From positions 2,826 to 66,825 of the forward strand of contig NZ_JBILQU010000004.1 of NCBI RefSeq assembly GCF_044373035.1: DNA of 64,000 bases, given 5' to 3'. Source of the stretch: Limnohabitans sp. GTDB taxonomy: Bacteria > Pseudomonadota > Gammaproteobacteria > Burkholderiales > Burkholderiaceae_C. The notes below the pieces were generated by a model. That model saw nothing but the letters and a program-made list of their open reading frames with translations. It was not told the origin of the DNA and searched no databases. Made by a program: the position numbers and the translations under genes. Shown here in pieces: positions 1 through 7,696 of the stretch. Each line of letters begins with the position of its first letter. Within the stretch, counting starts at the first letter, position 1.

Positions 1-624
1 GGCAAATCCCAATCGGCGGTCATCGCTGCCATTGGCGCCAGAAGCATGCACAAGGTCTGTGTGATGCAAGGACATTTGACCCGCCATCACGGGCATGGGG
101 ACCCCAGTTTCATGGTCGAACCGATCACTGATCCCCTGCCCGCGCCGAATCATGTTCATGGGCTCAGGTTTGTCGTCGTGTTCAAAGGAGCCCCATTGGT
201 GACTGCCTGGCAGCGCCCTCATGCAACCGGCTTGTTCGGTGGCGTCTGACAATGCCACCCAGGCAGTGATGTGCAGATGAGGGTCAAGATAAAAGTAGGT
301 GCTGTCTTGGTGCCATCGTACGTAAGCCGGCGTGTGGGCCTCTTTCAAAAAAAGGGTCGAGTGGTAAACCAAAATGTCAGGGCCAATCACGTCTTCGACA
401 GCATCCAGTATGCGAGGGTGGTGGACCAACTGATCGGCCCAATCAAACAGAAGGTAAGACTTCGATTTTTCTGGAAAATCGATCGGTCCACCCCGAGCCT
501 GCTCCCATGCTTGGAGCTCTGAACGGTAGCGGGTCACTTCGGCTGGTGTGAGCACATCGATCGGAAACAAAAAACCATCCTGCTCGTAGCGCTGGACTTG
601 TTCGGAATTGAGTAAGCGTGTCAT
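1..624 (-). CDS. Phytanoyl-CoA dioxygenase (PhyH) family Fe(II)/2-oxoglutarate oxygenase; 3' end runs off the left window edge
   Basis: Absent from the ORF track because it is open to the window edge. Hand translation of the minus strand from ATG 624..622 gives MTRLLNSEQVQRYEQDGFLFPIDVLTPAEVTRYRSELQAWEQ...AYVRWHQDSTYFYLDPH...LPGSHQWG... This is a PhyH-type N-terminus plus the HxD of the facial triad. Its ATG overlaps the TGA of the upstream gene (ATGA at 621-624). Confidence 0.8.
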   Translation of the reverse strand, partial: MTRLLNSEQVQRYEQDGFLFPIDVLTPAEVTRYRSELQAWEQARGGPIDFPEKSKSYLLFDWADQLVHHPRILDAVEDVIGPDILVYHSTLFLKEAHTPAYVRWHQDSTYFYLDPHLHITAWVALSDATEQAGCMRALPGSHQWGSFEHDDKPEPMNMIRRGQGISDRFDHETGVPMPVMAGQMSLHHTDLVHASGANGSDDRRLGFA

Positions 625-1424
625 GTGGATCCTTTGACATGGGTTTGGGCCGCATCCAACATGCAGCCGAGCATGTTCAGGCGGTCGTGCATGGGCTTGG
701 GAAAGCCCACACGGCTGTGCGTCAACCTTAGCCCCAGGGCTGCTTCGGCCATTTTGTAGCTGAGTGGTCCAGGGTTGATGATGGGGACAGGCAATCGGGA
801 CTGCAGATACGCATGCGATTGGTGCATGGTGGTCGAGCCCAAAATGATCACCTCGGCACCATCATGCTCAATGGCCTTGAGCGCGGCAGCTTCCAGCAAA
901 GGAAAAACGTCTTCCTCTTTACCGGACAACAGATTTTGGTTATCAGGGGATACTTCGATGGCCCGAACAGAGGCACATTTGTGGTGGAGACCGAGCTCGT
1001 CGAGGGCTTTCTTGTAGAGCGGTTTCCATCGACTGGCCATGGTCAAAAACGAAAACCGGTCACCCAGCATGAGCGCTGTCAGCACCGATACCTTGCCGGG
1101 GCCAAACACCGGGATGTCCAGCACCGAGCGCAAAGCAGCCACCCCTGAGTCGCTCATGGTGTCGATGCAGACGGCGTCAAAACCTTCTGCCTGTGCGCGG
1201 CAACCGGCTTCGAAGTTGGCCACATCCGCCAAAACAAAATCGTGATGGCTGGCGTAATTGACGGGACCGGCTTTGACGGGTCGGTATTCAAAGTGGATGT
1301 GGGGCCCCAAGGACAAGCTGGCCAATTGCGCCTGTCGCAACAACAGGTTCTCTGCTGACATGGCGAACGGAACAATCACCAGAACCCGCCACGTAGGCTC
1401 GGGTGCTGCAGTCTCATTGACCAT
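621..1424 (-). CDS. Asp/Glu/hydantoin racemase family protein (hydantoin/allantoin-racemase-like)
   Basis: ORF 621..1442. Start placed at the second ATG (1424) because GGAG lies about 7 nt upstream. GFDAVCIDTMSDSGVAALRSVLDIPVFGPG and AEVIILGSTTMH...PVPIINPG resemble the two pseudo-symmetric halves of hydantoin racemases. Confidence 0.8.
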   Translation of the reverse strand: MVNETAAPEPTWRVLVIVPFAMSAENLLLRQAQLASLSLGPHIHFEYRPVKAGPVNYASHHDFVLADVANFEAGCRAQAEGFDAVCIDTMSDSGVAALRSVLDIPVFGPGKVSVLTALMLGDRFSFLTMASRWKPLYKKALDELGLHHKCASVRAIEVSPDNQNLLSGKEEDVFPLLEAAALKAIEHDGAEVIILGSTTMHQSHAYLQSRLPVPIINPGPLSYKMAEAALGLRLTHSRVGFPKPMHDRLNMLGCMLDAAQTHVKGST

Positions 1425-2094
1425 GGGGGTTCTCCAATTCATTCAAAACATGTTGGGTGCTGCTGACACGACCAAAGAGGCGTTGAAAATTGCGCAAAGT
1501 GACCAGGTGCAAATCTTCGTGCGTGGTGCCGCAAGCATCTTCAACCAGGGTCACCAGGTAACCTCGGTCGGCAGCTTCCCGAGCCGTCGTTTCGACACAC
1601 ATGTTGGTCGAGACGCCGGTGAGGTAAATTTGCTCGCACTGAAGTGCGCGCAGCAAGCTGTCGATGTTGGTCGATGCGAAAGCGCCAATGGTGGTTTTTC
1701 TCAGGACATGTTCACCTGACAAGGGTTTCAATTCATCCAAGATCTCGTGCTCGCGGCTGCCGACGAAGTTGCGAAACTCGACAAACAATTTGCGCATGTG
1801 CGGTGGCGCATCCAAGGCATCGGGATGGGCTGCGCCAATGGTGACATGCAAGATGGGTCGACCCAGGGCGCGAAAATGGTCTCTCAAGCGCAATGAATTG
1901 GGAACGACGAGGGATTCAATGCGGTCAAAACGGTAGTTGCCAATCGTTGAGCCTTCGGCTTGAAGTTTTCGCCCCAAAGCGCCATGGCGTGATCCCGTGG
2001 CGTATTGCAAGTCAATCATGACCAAGGCCGCCGAGCCCGGCTTGATCGGGCGATCGGGCATGTAGGCGCGGATGTAGTCGGTGGACGGGTTCAT
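1414..2094 (-). CDS. Isochorismatase-family cysteine hydrolase (amidase-like), copy 1
   Basis: ORF 1414..2193 trimmed to ATG 2094 (MNPSTDYIRAY...). Triad-like motifs are AALVMIDLQ (Asp), VLRKTTIGAF (Lys) and GVSTNMCVETTAREA (Cys). ATGA overlap with the upstream stop at 2091-2094. Confidence 0.85.
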   Translation of the reverse strand: MNPSTDYIRAYMPDRPIKPGSAALVMIDLQYATGSRHGALGRKLQAEGSTIGNYRFDRIESLVVPNSLRLRDHFRALGRPILHVTIGAAHPDALDAPPHMRKLFVEFRNFVGSREHEILDELKPLSGEHVLRKTTIGAFASTNIDSLLRALQCEQIYLTGVSTNMCVETTAREAADRGYLVTLVEDACGTTHEDLHLVTLRNFQRLFGRVSSTQHVLNELENPHGQ

Positions 2095-2993
2095 GGCTTG
2101 ATTCTTTCGGTCAATGGCGTTCGTGGAGGTTCTGCAAGCAGGACGGATTGTTCGCGGTAACTGTCCACGATTTGGCTGCCAGTGGCGCACCACACCCCGC
2201 TGTGTCCCAGGATGTAGGTCAGTGCACGGGCGAGGTGTTCAATGCGATGGGGTTGGCCCATGATGAACGGGTGGACGGCGATGTTCATCACACGTCCGCC
2301 CTCGGCATACAGGGTGTCAAATTCATCGCAGATTTTTTGTGCAAAAGCCTCGGCTTCCATGCCCCTACGCCAAGCGATGCTGTCGTTGATTTCCATGCTG
2401 TAAGGCAAGGACAGCAATGAACCACGGCGGACCCTGATGGGGGTGGGCTGATCGTCATGGTAGAGGTCGCACAGGTAGTCCATGCCCGACTCGGCCACCA
2501 AGTCGGGGGTCAGGAGCGTGTTCGATGCCGCAGGAGAAAACCAGCCACGCAGACTTTTTCCGGTGATTCGGCGGTGAATGATCTGACACGCTTCAATGGC
2601 GTCCCGTTCTTCTTGCTCGCTCATGCCCCAGTGGTAGCGGGTGTTGAACATGCCATGCGACATGAATTCCCAATGGCGCTTGAGCATGGCCTCGGCAATG
2701 TCGGGGTACATGTCCAAAACCGCCATGGACAGAGACACGGTGCAGGGCAAATTGAACCGGTCGAACACCTCCATCAATCGCCAAACGCCAACCCGGTTGC
2801 CATAGTCGCGCAGACCGTATCCAAGAATATCGGGGTGTGGAACCCTTGGCCATGGGTTTCGAACACGCACCTGTTCCGGCAAGTATTCGTAGTGCTCAAT
2901 GTTGGGCGCAACCCAAAGGGCCAGGCGAGCGCCTTCAGGCCATTGAAGGGCTGGACGAGTGGGGATGGCTGAATAGGCAATCCGATCCTGCAT
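2091..2993 (-). CDS. PuuE/allantoinase-type polysaccharide-deacetylase-family hydrolase, paralogue 1
   Basis: ORF 2091..3101. Start placed at ATG 2993 (GGAGG 5 nt upstream). Motifs: WPEGARLALWVAPNIEHYE, LRDYGNRVGVWRLMEVF, HWEFMSHGMFNTRY, AVHPFIMGQPHRIEHL, HSGVWCATGSQI. These are collinear with the PuuE pattern as I recall it (EYGSRAGVWRLL / GHEICSHGYRW / GLHCRLIGRPARM / HDKVWFARRE). Confidence 0.85.
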   Translation of the reverse strand: MQDRIAYSAIPTRPALQWPEGARLALWVAPNIEHYEYLPEQVRVRNPWPRVPHPDILGYGLRDYGNRVGVWRLMEVFDRFNLPCTVSLSMAVLDMYPDIAEAMLKRHWEFMSHGMFNTRYHWGMSEQEERDAIEACQIIHRRITGKSLRGWFSPAASNTLLTPDLVAESGMDYLCDLYHDDQPTPIRVRRGSLLSLPYSMEINDSIAWRRGMEAEAFAQKICDEFDTLYAEGGRVMNIAVHPFIMGQPHRIEHLARALTYILGHSGVWCATGSQIVDSYREQSVLLAEPPRTPLTERIKP

Positions 2994-3066
2994 GGCCACC
3001 TCCATGGCGTGTGCAGCCAATTCGCCAGAGTCCAGCATTGGGAGGTGCCCCGTCATTTGCGCATTC

Positions 3067-3630
3067 TCAGCGACGTTGGGCCTGGGTTTCAGCCAAATCA
3101 TTCCAGACGTCTTGGCGCTGGATCAAGCCGTCCACAATTTCAAAACGGTCAACGAAACGGATGCCCTCAAAAGGCGTGCCGTCCAGCCAGATGCCGTGCA
3201 AAGTGCCAAAGCAATAGACCACACAGGATTCATCGCCCCAGGATTCGTCAAATTTCTCATAGTTTTTGCCGACCTGTTGGTACCTGCCGTGGGCCCATGA
3301 CACCAACTCTTCGAGTTTGTGCATGACAGGACTTGCAGGAAATCGCATGCTGAAATCAGGTGTCAGCAGCAGCGCCGCATCCGCAAGCTGTCGGTTTTGC
3401 ATGCGCTGTAGAAAATCCCGCACCAGCGCACAAGCATCGACACGTGCAGCGCCGCCGCCACTGAACACACGACCATCGCGTTGGTAGGTGCTGGCTTGGT
3501 GAACAAAAACAGTCGTGCCCGCAGAAGAGGCCGCGATCACAGATCGGGCTGCCTGCGCTACGCGATTGACCAGGCGCTGCTCGGTTTCCGGGCTGTAGCC
3601 CGGCAGTAAGGTGATGGAGATGACGGGCAT
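3067..3630 (-). CDS. Fusion protein: N-terminal 4-oxalocrotonate tautomerase-family domain + C-terminal SnoaL/NTF2-like domain
   Basis: ORF 3067..3699 trimmed to ATG 3630 (GGAG 8 nt upstream), giving MPVISITLLPGYSPETEQRLVNRVAQAARSVI... This has Pro directly after Met and the beta-alpha-beta pattern of 4-OT. About 130 aa follow, ending ...GTPFEGIRFVDRFEIVDGLIQRQDVWNDLAE, which is typical of SnoaL-like folds. Confidence 0.7.
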   Translation of the reverse strand: MPVISITLLPGYSPETEQRLVNRVAQAARSVIAASSAGTTVFVHQASTYQRDGRVFSGGGAARVDACALVRDFLQRMQNRQLADAALLLTPDFSMRFPASPVMHKLEELVSWAHGRYQQVGKNYEKFDESWGDESCVVYCFGTLHGIWLDGTPFEGIRFVDRFEIVDGLIQRQDVWNDLAETQAQRR

Positions 3631-3655
3631 GGGTGCGCTCCAATGGCCAGAGGGT

Positions 3656-4600
3656 TCAGGTCGCAGACGAAGCTTGGGCTGCGCTGGTCTTCCATGCATC
3701 CAGGATGTCGTTGCCGGTGGCCGCCCAAACCCCAGGGTGACTCATGATGTGGGTCAGTGCCTCTTCCAGCGCCCTGATTCGGTAAGGTTGACCAATCACC
3801 CAAGGGTGCAGGGAAATGGCCATGACGCGACCGTTATCGCTGCTCGATTCACGGTAAAGCCCGTCGAATTGATCGATCAACTGGTCCCTGAAGTCGTCTT
3901 CGGTATGGTGGTTTTGAACCAGAATGGTGTGGTCGTCCATGTCAATCGGGTGCGGCATGGCCATCAGCTCACCTGCACGTGTGTGCATGGCATAGGGCAT
4001 GTCGTCATTGACCCAGTCGCAAACGTAGTCGAGACCGGCTTCCTTTAACAAGTCAAGCGTGTGGTGTGATTCTGATTTGGCAGGGGAAAGCCAGCCACGG
4101 ATGCGTTGACCGCTGATGCGCTGGAGCACATCCAGGGAGTGGGTGATCCACTGCCGCTCATCGGCTTCGGCGAGTCCACCATGGTGGATGTGGTCCATGT
4201 CCATGCCATTGGCGATGATTTCCCAGCCGCGTTGTAAACAAGACTGGATCAGCGACGGGTAGCGTTGGGCCACGGCGGCATTGATGGCAACCGAAGCGGG
4301 TATGGCATGTTTTTCCAAAGCTTGCATGATGCGAAAGATGCCAACCCGATTGCCGTAATCTCGCAAGGTGTAATGGCGAAAATCAGGATAGGCCGTTTGC
4401 ATCGCCCCTGGGGGCTTGAAGGGCAATCCTTTCATGTTGAGGGGAAACCACTCGAGAGCCGGTATCACCCAAAGTGCCAAACGAGCACCCTGGGGCCAAC
4501 GCACTGGGGGGCGTTGCGGCAACATGGACCAAGCGTACCGGTCATGGTCCATGCCATAACGACGCAAAGGGTAATCGAGGTAATCGTCGGGCAAACTCAT
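3656..4600 (-). CDS. PuuE/allantoinase-type polysaccharide-deacetylase-family protein, paralogue 2 (active-site His position is Asn)
   Basis: ORF 3656..4693 trimmed to ATG 4600 (MSLPDDYLDYPL...), which forms an ATGA overlap with the upstream stop (4597-4600). Motifs: WPQGARLALWVIPALEWF, LRDYGNRVGIFRIMQAL, GWEIIANGMDMDHIHH, SLHPWVIGQPYRIRAL, HPGVWAATGNDI. Confidence 0.85.
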   Translation of the reverse strand: MSLPDDYLDYPLRRYGMDHDRYAWSMLPQRPPVRWPQGARLALWVIPALEWFPLNMKGLPFKPPGAMQTAYPDFRHYTLRDYGNRVGIFRIMQALEKHAIPASVAINAAVAQRYPSLIQSCLQRGWEIIANGMDMDHIHHGGLAEADERQWITHSLDVLQRISGQRIRGWLSPAKSESHHTLDLLKEAGLDYVCDWVNDDMPYAMHTRAGELMAMPHPIDMDDHTILVQNHHTEDDFRDQLIDQFDGLYRESSSDNGRVMAISLHPWVIGQPYRIRALEEALTHIMSHPGVWAATGNDILDAWKTSAAQASSAT

Positions 4601-5511
4601 GCGGCTTCTCCCACGGTCTGTGCCGCCGCCGTGAATTCGGCGTGGTAATGCGTGTTGAAGTGGCACGCGATTTCCCTGCCAGTGGCCAGCCAAACCTTGT
4701 CATGGCCCGTGATGTAAGACAGGGCCTCTTCAAAGGCCGCCATCCGATAGGGTTGACCAATCAAATAGGGGTGAAGTGGTATGCACATCACCGTTCCCGA
4801 TTTTTCGCCCTCAGCATAGAGCCGGTCAAACTGGCGTTTGAGGATGTCTGCGTAGCGACGCGGTGAAACCAGATTGACGTTGTAGACGATGGTGTCGTTC
4901 ATTTCCAGCGAATAGGGGATGCTGGTCAATCGCCCCTGCTTGACTTTCACGGGGCCGGGTTGGTCATCGTGAAACAGGTCGCAAACATAGGTCAGACCCA
5001 TTTCAGCCACCAAGTCCATGGTTCTGTCGGTATAGGTCAGAGCGGGGGCCAGCCAACCGTCGAGTTTTTGGTCCGTGTGTTTTTTGATCGTGTCGATGGA
5101 ATCTTGGATGACGGCGCGCTCTTGCGCTTCGGTCATTCCCATGAGATAGCGGGTGTTGTATGTGCCGTGAGAATAAAACTCCCAACCATTTTCAGCACAA
5201 GCAGCAATCACCTCGGGGTGGTGTTCACACACGGCCACGTTGAGCGACACACTGCCACGCATGTTGCAGCGTTTCATGGCGTCGAGCATGCGCCAAAATC
5301 CCACGCGATTGCCGTAGTCGCGGTACGAGAAATTTTGAACGTCGGGTGAGGGGCGAGCCCATGGCGCACGAGCAGGATTGCGTGGTGGATCGAGCTCGTA
5401 GTATTCGATGTTGGGGGCGACCCAAAATGCCACTCGGGCACCACCGGGCCAGCTTATTTTGGGCCGCTGGTCGTAGGGCAAGTAGTCATAAAAACCTGGA
5501 TCTCTTTTCAC
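4597..5511 (-). CDS. PuuE/allantoinase-type polysaccharide-deacetylase-family hydrolase, paralogue 3
   Basis: ORF 4597..5511. GTG start with GGGAG 7 nt upstream and a GTGA overlap with the upstream stop (5508-5511). Motifs: WPGGARVAFWVAPNIEYYE, YRDYGNRVGFWRMLDAM, GWEFYSHGTYNTRY, PLHPYLIGQPYRMAAF, HDKVWLATGREI. Confidence 0.85.
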   Translation of the reverse strand: MKRDPGFYDYLPYDQRPKISWPGGARVAFWVAPNIEYYELDPPRNPARAPWARPSPDVQNFSYRDYGNRVGFWRMLDAMKRCNMRGSVSLNVAVCEHHPEVIAACAENGWEFYSHGTYNTRYLMGMTEAQERAVIQDSIDTIKKHTDQKLDGWLAPALTYTDRTMDLVAEMGLTYVCDLFHDDQPGPVKVKQGRLTSIPYSLEMNDTIVYNVNLVSPRRYADILKRQFDRLYAEGEKSGTVMCIPLHPYLIGQPYRMAAFEEALSYITGHDKVWLATGREIACHFNTHYHAEFTAAAQTVGEAA

Positions 5512-6194
5512 GCCCGTGCTCCCGCAGCTGGGGCCAATTGACGCAAGCCTTCCAGGGTTTCCTTGACCGAAATGACGTCCGCGTATTTCAAGGCCATGTC
5601 GTACAAGTTGGAAAAGTGAGGGGATTCATGTTTGTCGGCAACACACTCTTCCGGCACGATGGTGCGAAAACTGCGTTGCAGGCTGTCCACCACAGTGGCC
5701 CGAACACAACCAGAGGTCGAACCTCCTGTGACGACAACCGTGTCCACACCATGGAAGGTGAAGATCGAGCCCAGGTTGGTTTCGAAAAAAACCGACGCCA
5801 TTCGTTTGTTGATGATGATGTCGCGTTCGCGATCAATCTTCAGGCGGTCGTCAAACTCTGCACGGCGACTGCCAACCTTGATGTTTTGCAGGGAATCCGG
5901 AGTGTTGGAGCGGGTCCCCCAGACGCCGCAATCTTCGCCGGAAGGCATGTAGGCCACATAAGTCCATACCACAGGAAACCCTTTGGACCTGAATTCGGCA
6001 GCCAACTCATTGACATGGTCCAGTTGGTGAGGATCGGTTTCATAGGCGGTGGCAAATTCGCCAACGCATGTGTAGGCTTTTTGCAAATCGATGTTGATCA
6101 AGGCGGGCATGCGACCGAAACCAAAACGTTTGCGGGTCGGAGCGGCCTTGATGTCGGCGAAAAGCTGTCGAGCTGTCTTGTCGGAAGTTTGCAT
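5508..6194 (-). CDS. Isochorismatase-family cysteine hydrolase, copy 2 (N-carbamoylsarcosine amidase / maleamate amidohydrolase NicF-like)
   Basis: ORF 5508..6443 trimmed to ATG 6194 (MQTSDKTARQLF...). Motifs: FGFGRMPALINIDLQKAY (Asp), IINKRMASVFF (Lys), VVTGGSTSGCVRATVVD (Cys). Confidence 0.85.
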   Translation of the reverse strand: MQTSDKTARQLFADIKAAPTRKRFGFGRMPALINIDLQKAYTCVGEFATAYETDPHQLDHVNELAAEFRSKGFPVVWTYVAYMPSGEDCGVWGTRSNTPDSLQNIKVGSRRAEFDDRLKIDRERDIIINKRMASVFFETNLGSIFTFHGVDTVVVTGGSTSGCVRATVVDSLQRSFRTIVPEECVADKHESPHFSNLYDMALKYADVISVKETLEGLRQLAPAAGARA

Positions 6195-6331
6195 TTTAAA
6201 AAAACTTTCAGTGTGTGGTCGGTGATGATCGGTCGTGATCAGGTGCGGCAAGCATGCAGGATCGACCTCTGACAAATGGTGCATGCATCGATTTGTCCTG
6301 TCAATAGAACATTTGACAGTGAAGCGCTGGT

Positions 6332-7696
6332 TCAATGCTTTGGTGGCGCTTTGACAAGGTCTAACCAGTGCGCCAATTTGAGCTTGCCGGTGCAAAGCTG
6401 GTGGGAGGCCTGCAAAACCTGTTGGGCGTGGTCTTCGGACCATACGCGACCCGTCAAATCGAGGAATTTATGCGTCAACTCCTCTTCGCTGTAAGGCGAT
6501 GCATCATCGCCCCGGTTGACGCCAGCTTCCCCGGTCCATTGACGGCCATCGATGTCGGTGATCACCACACGAGCGGGGCGTTCGTTGGGCAATCGGCGTG
6601 ACATGTCAGGGTCTTCCGAGATTTCAACCTTTTGGGCCAGGGCCAAGACCCGAGGGTCTCGCACGGCTTCCCAGGTAAAGCTCGAAAGTGCACTGCTTTG
6701 GTGAACAATGCGCGTGGCCACAGCAAAGGGGACAGAAAATTTGGCAGCCAAAGTATTGCGTGGCGCAGGATCGTTGAGTTCGGCGGCCAGGTGGTAGGTG
6801 GTCACTTGAATGCGTGCGATGCGATCGGCCTCGGGCAAAGGGATTTGTGCTGCCATCGCGTCCAGCGCATCCAGTGTGCCGTGGTTGTAACGGCAGCAAG
6901 AATGCAATTTGAAGTAGTTGTGCATCAAATGCCAGTCGCTGCCCAAGTCGCGCAGCAAGATATTCACGTCAAATTTTTCGGAGACGATTTCACCAAACAA
7001 CGAGCTCAAGCCATCTCGCTCTCCAGTGAAACCGCAGGCGACCAGTTGAGAAGCCAAAACACCATTTCGGTTGCTCAGGCCCGCGTAAACGTTGCGTACC
7101 AGACCCCCTTCGAGCATGGTGCGCTTGGAGGTGGCGGTGGTCAGGGAGGAGCTGACGTTGATGGTTTCCTTCATGCTGGAGGGATCTGAACCCAGCACGC
7201 GTGCGCAAGCGGCTGCCGCCCCAATGGTGCCCCAAGTGCCGTGGGGATGCATGGCGCCACGCAATTGGGAGGCTGCACCAATGCGAGAGCCCACTTCGTA
7301 ACCCACCACCAGGGCCGACAGAAAGCGCTCCGCATCCACCCCCTGCATCTCGCTCAAAGACAGCGCAGCGGGCAGCACGTGAATGGCCGGGTGACCTCTG
7401 GAGAACCGGTTTCCCTCGTCCATTTCCAAAAATGTGCCTGCTGTGCCGTTGAGCAGGGCGGCTGCTTCGGCATGAACTTGCCGACCTGTTCCAATGAGTG
7501 TTGCACCACTGCCAAAGCCCATGGCTGCATTGAGCCGTTGCATCTCTGGTTCTGCGGAGCCTGCCACGATGGATGCCAGAGTATCGGCAAGCACCCAGCC
7601 CGTGTGGGCTTGAACTTCAAGGGGTAAATCTGCGTAGTTCAGGTTTGAGGCGAAATGACTGAGTTGGTCAAGTTCTTCGGTTTTCATGTCAGGCAT
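6332..7696 (-). CDS. MmgE/PrpD family protein (2-methylcitrate-dehydratase superfamily)
   Basis: 454-aa ORF. The N-terminus ...LSHFASNLNYADLPLEVQAHTGWVLADTLASIVAGS... and the length are typical of MmgE/PrpD. The start is either ATG 7696 (8-nt overlap with the upstream gene) or ATG 7687. Confidence 0.85.
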   Translation of the reverse strand: MPDMKTEELDQLSHFASNLNYADLPLEVQAHTGWVLADTLASIVAGSAEPEMQRLNAAMGFGSGATLIGTGRQVHAEAAALLNGTAGTFLEMDEGNRFSRGHPAIHVLPAALSLSEMQGVDAERFLSALVVGYEVGSRIGAASQLRGAMHPHGTWGTIGAAAACARVLGSDPSSMKETINVSSSLTTATSKRTMLEGGLVRNVYAGLSNRNGVLASQLVACGFTGERDGLSSLFGEIVSEKFDVNILLRDLGSDWHLMHNYFKLHSCCRYNHGTLDALDAMAAQIPLPEADRIARIQVTTYHLAAELNDPAPRNTLAAKFSVPFAVATRIVHQSSALSSFTWEAVRDPRVLALAQKVEISEDPDMSRRLPNERPARVVITDIDGRQWTGEAGVNRGDDASPYSEEELTHKFLDLTGRVWSEDHAQQVLQASHQLCTGKLKLAHWLDLVKAPPKH

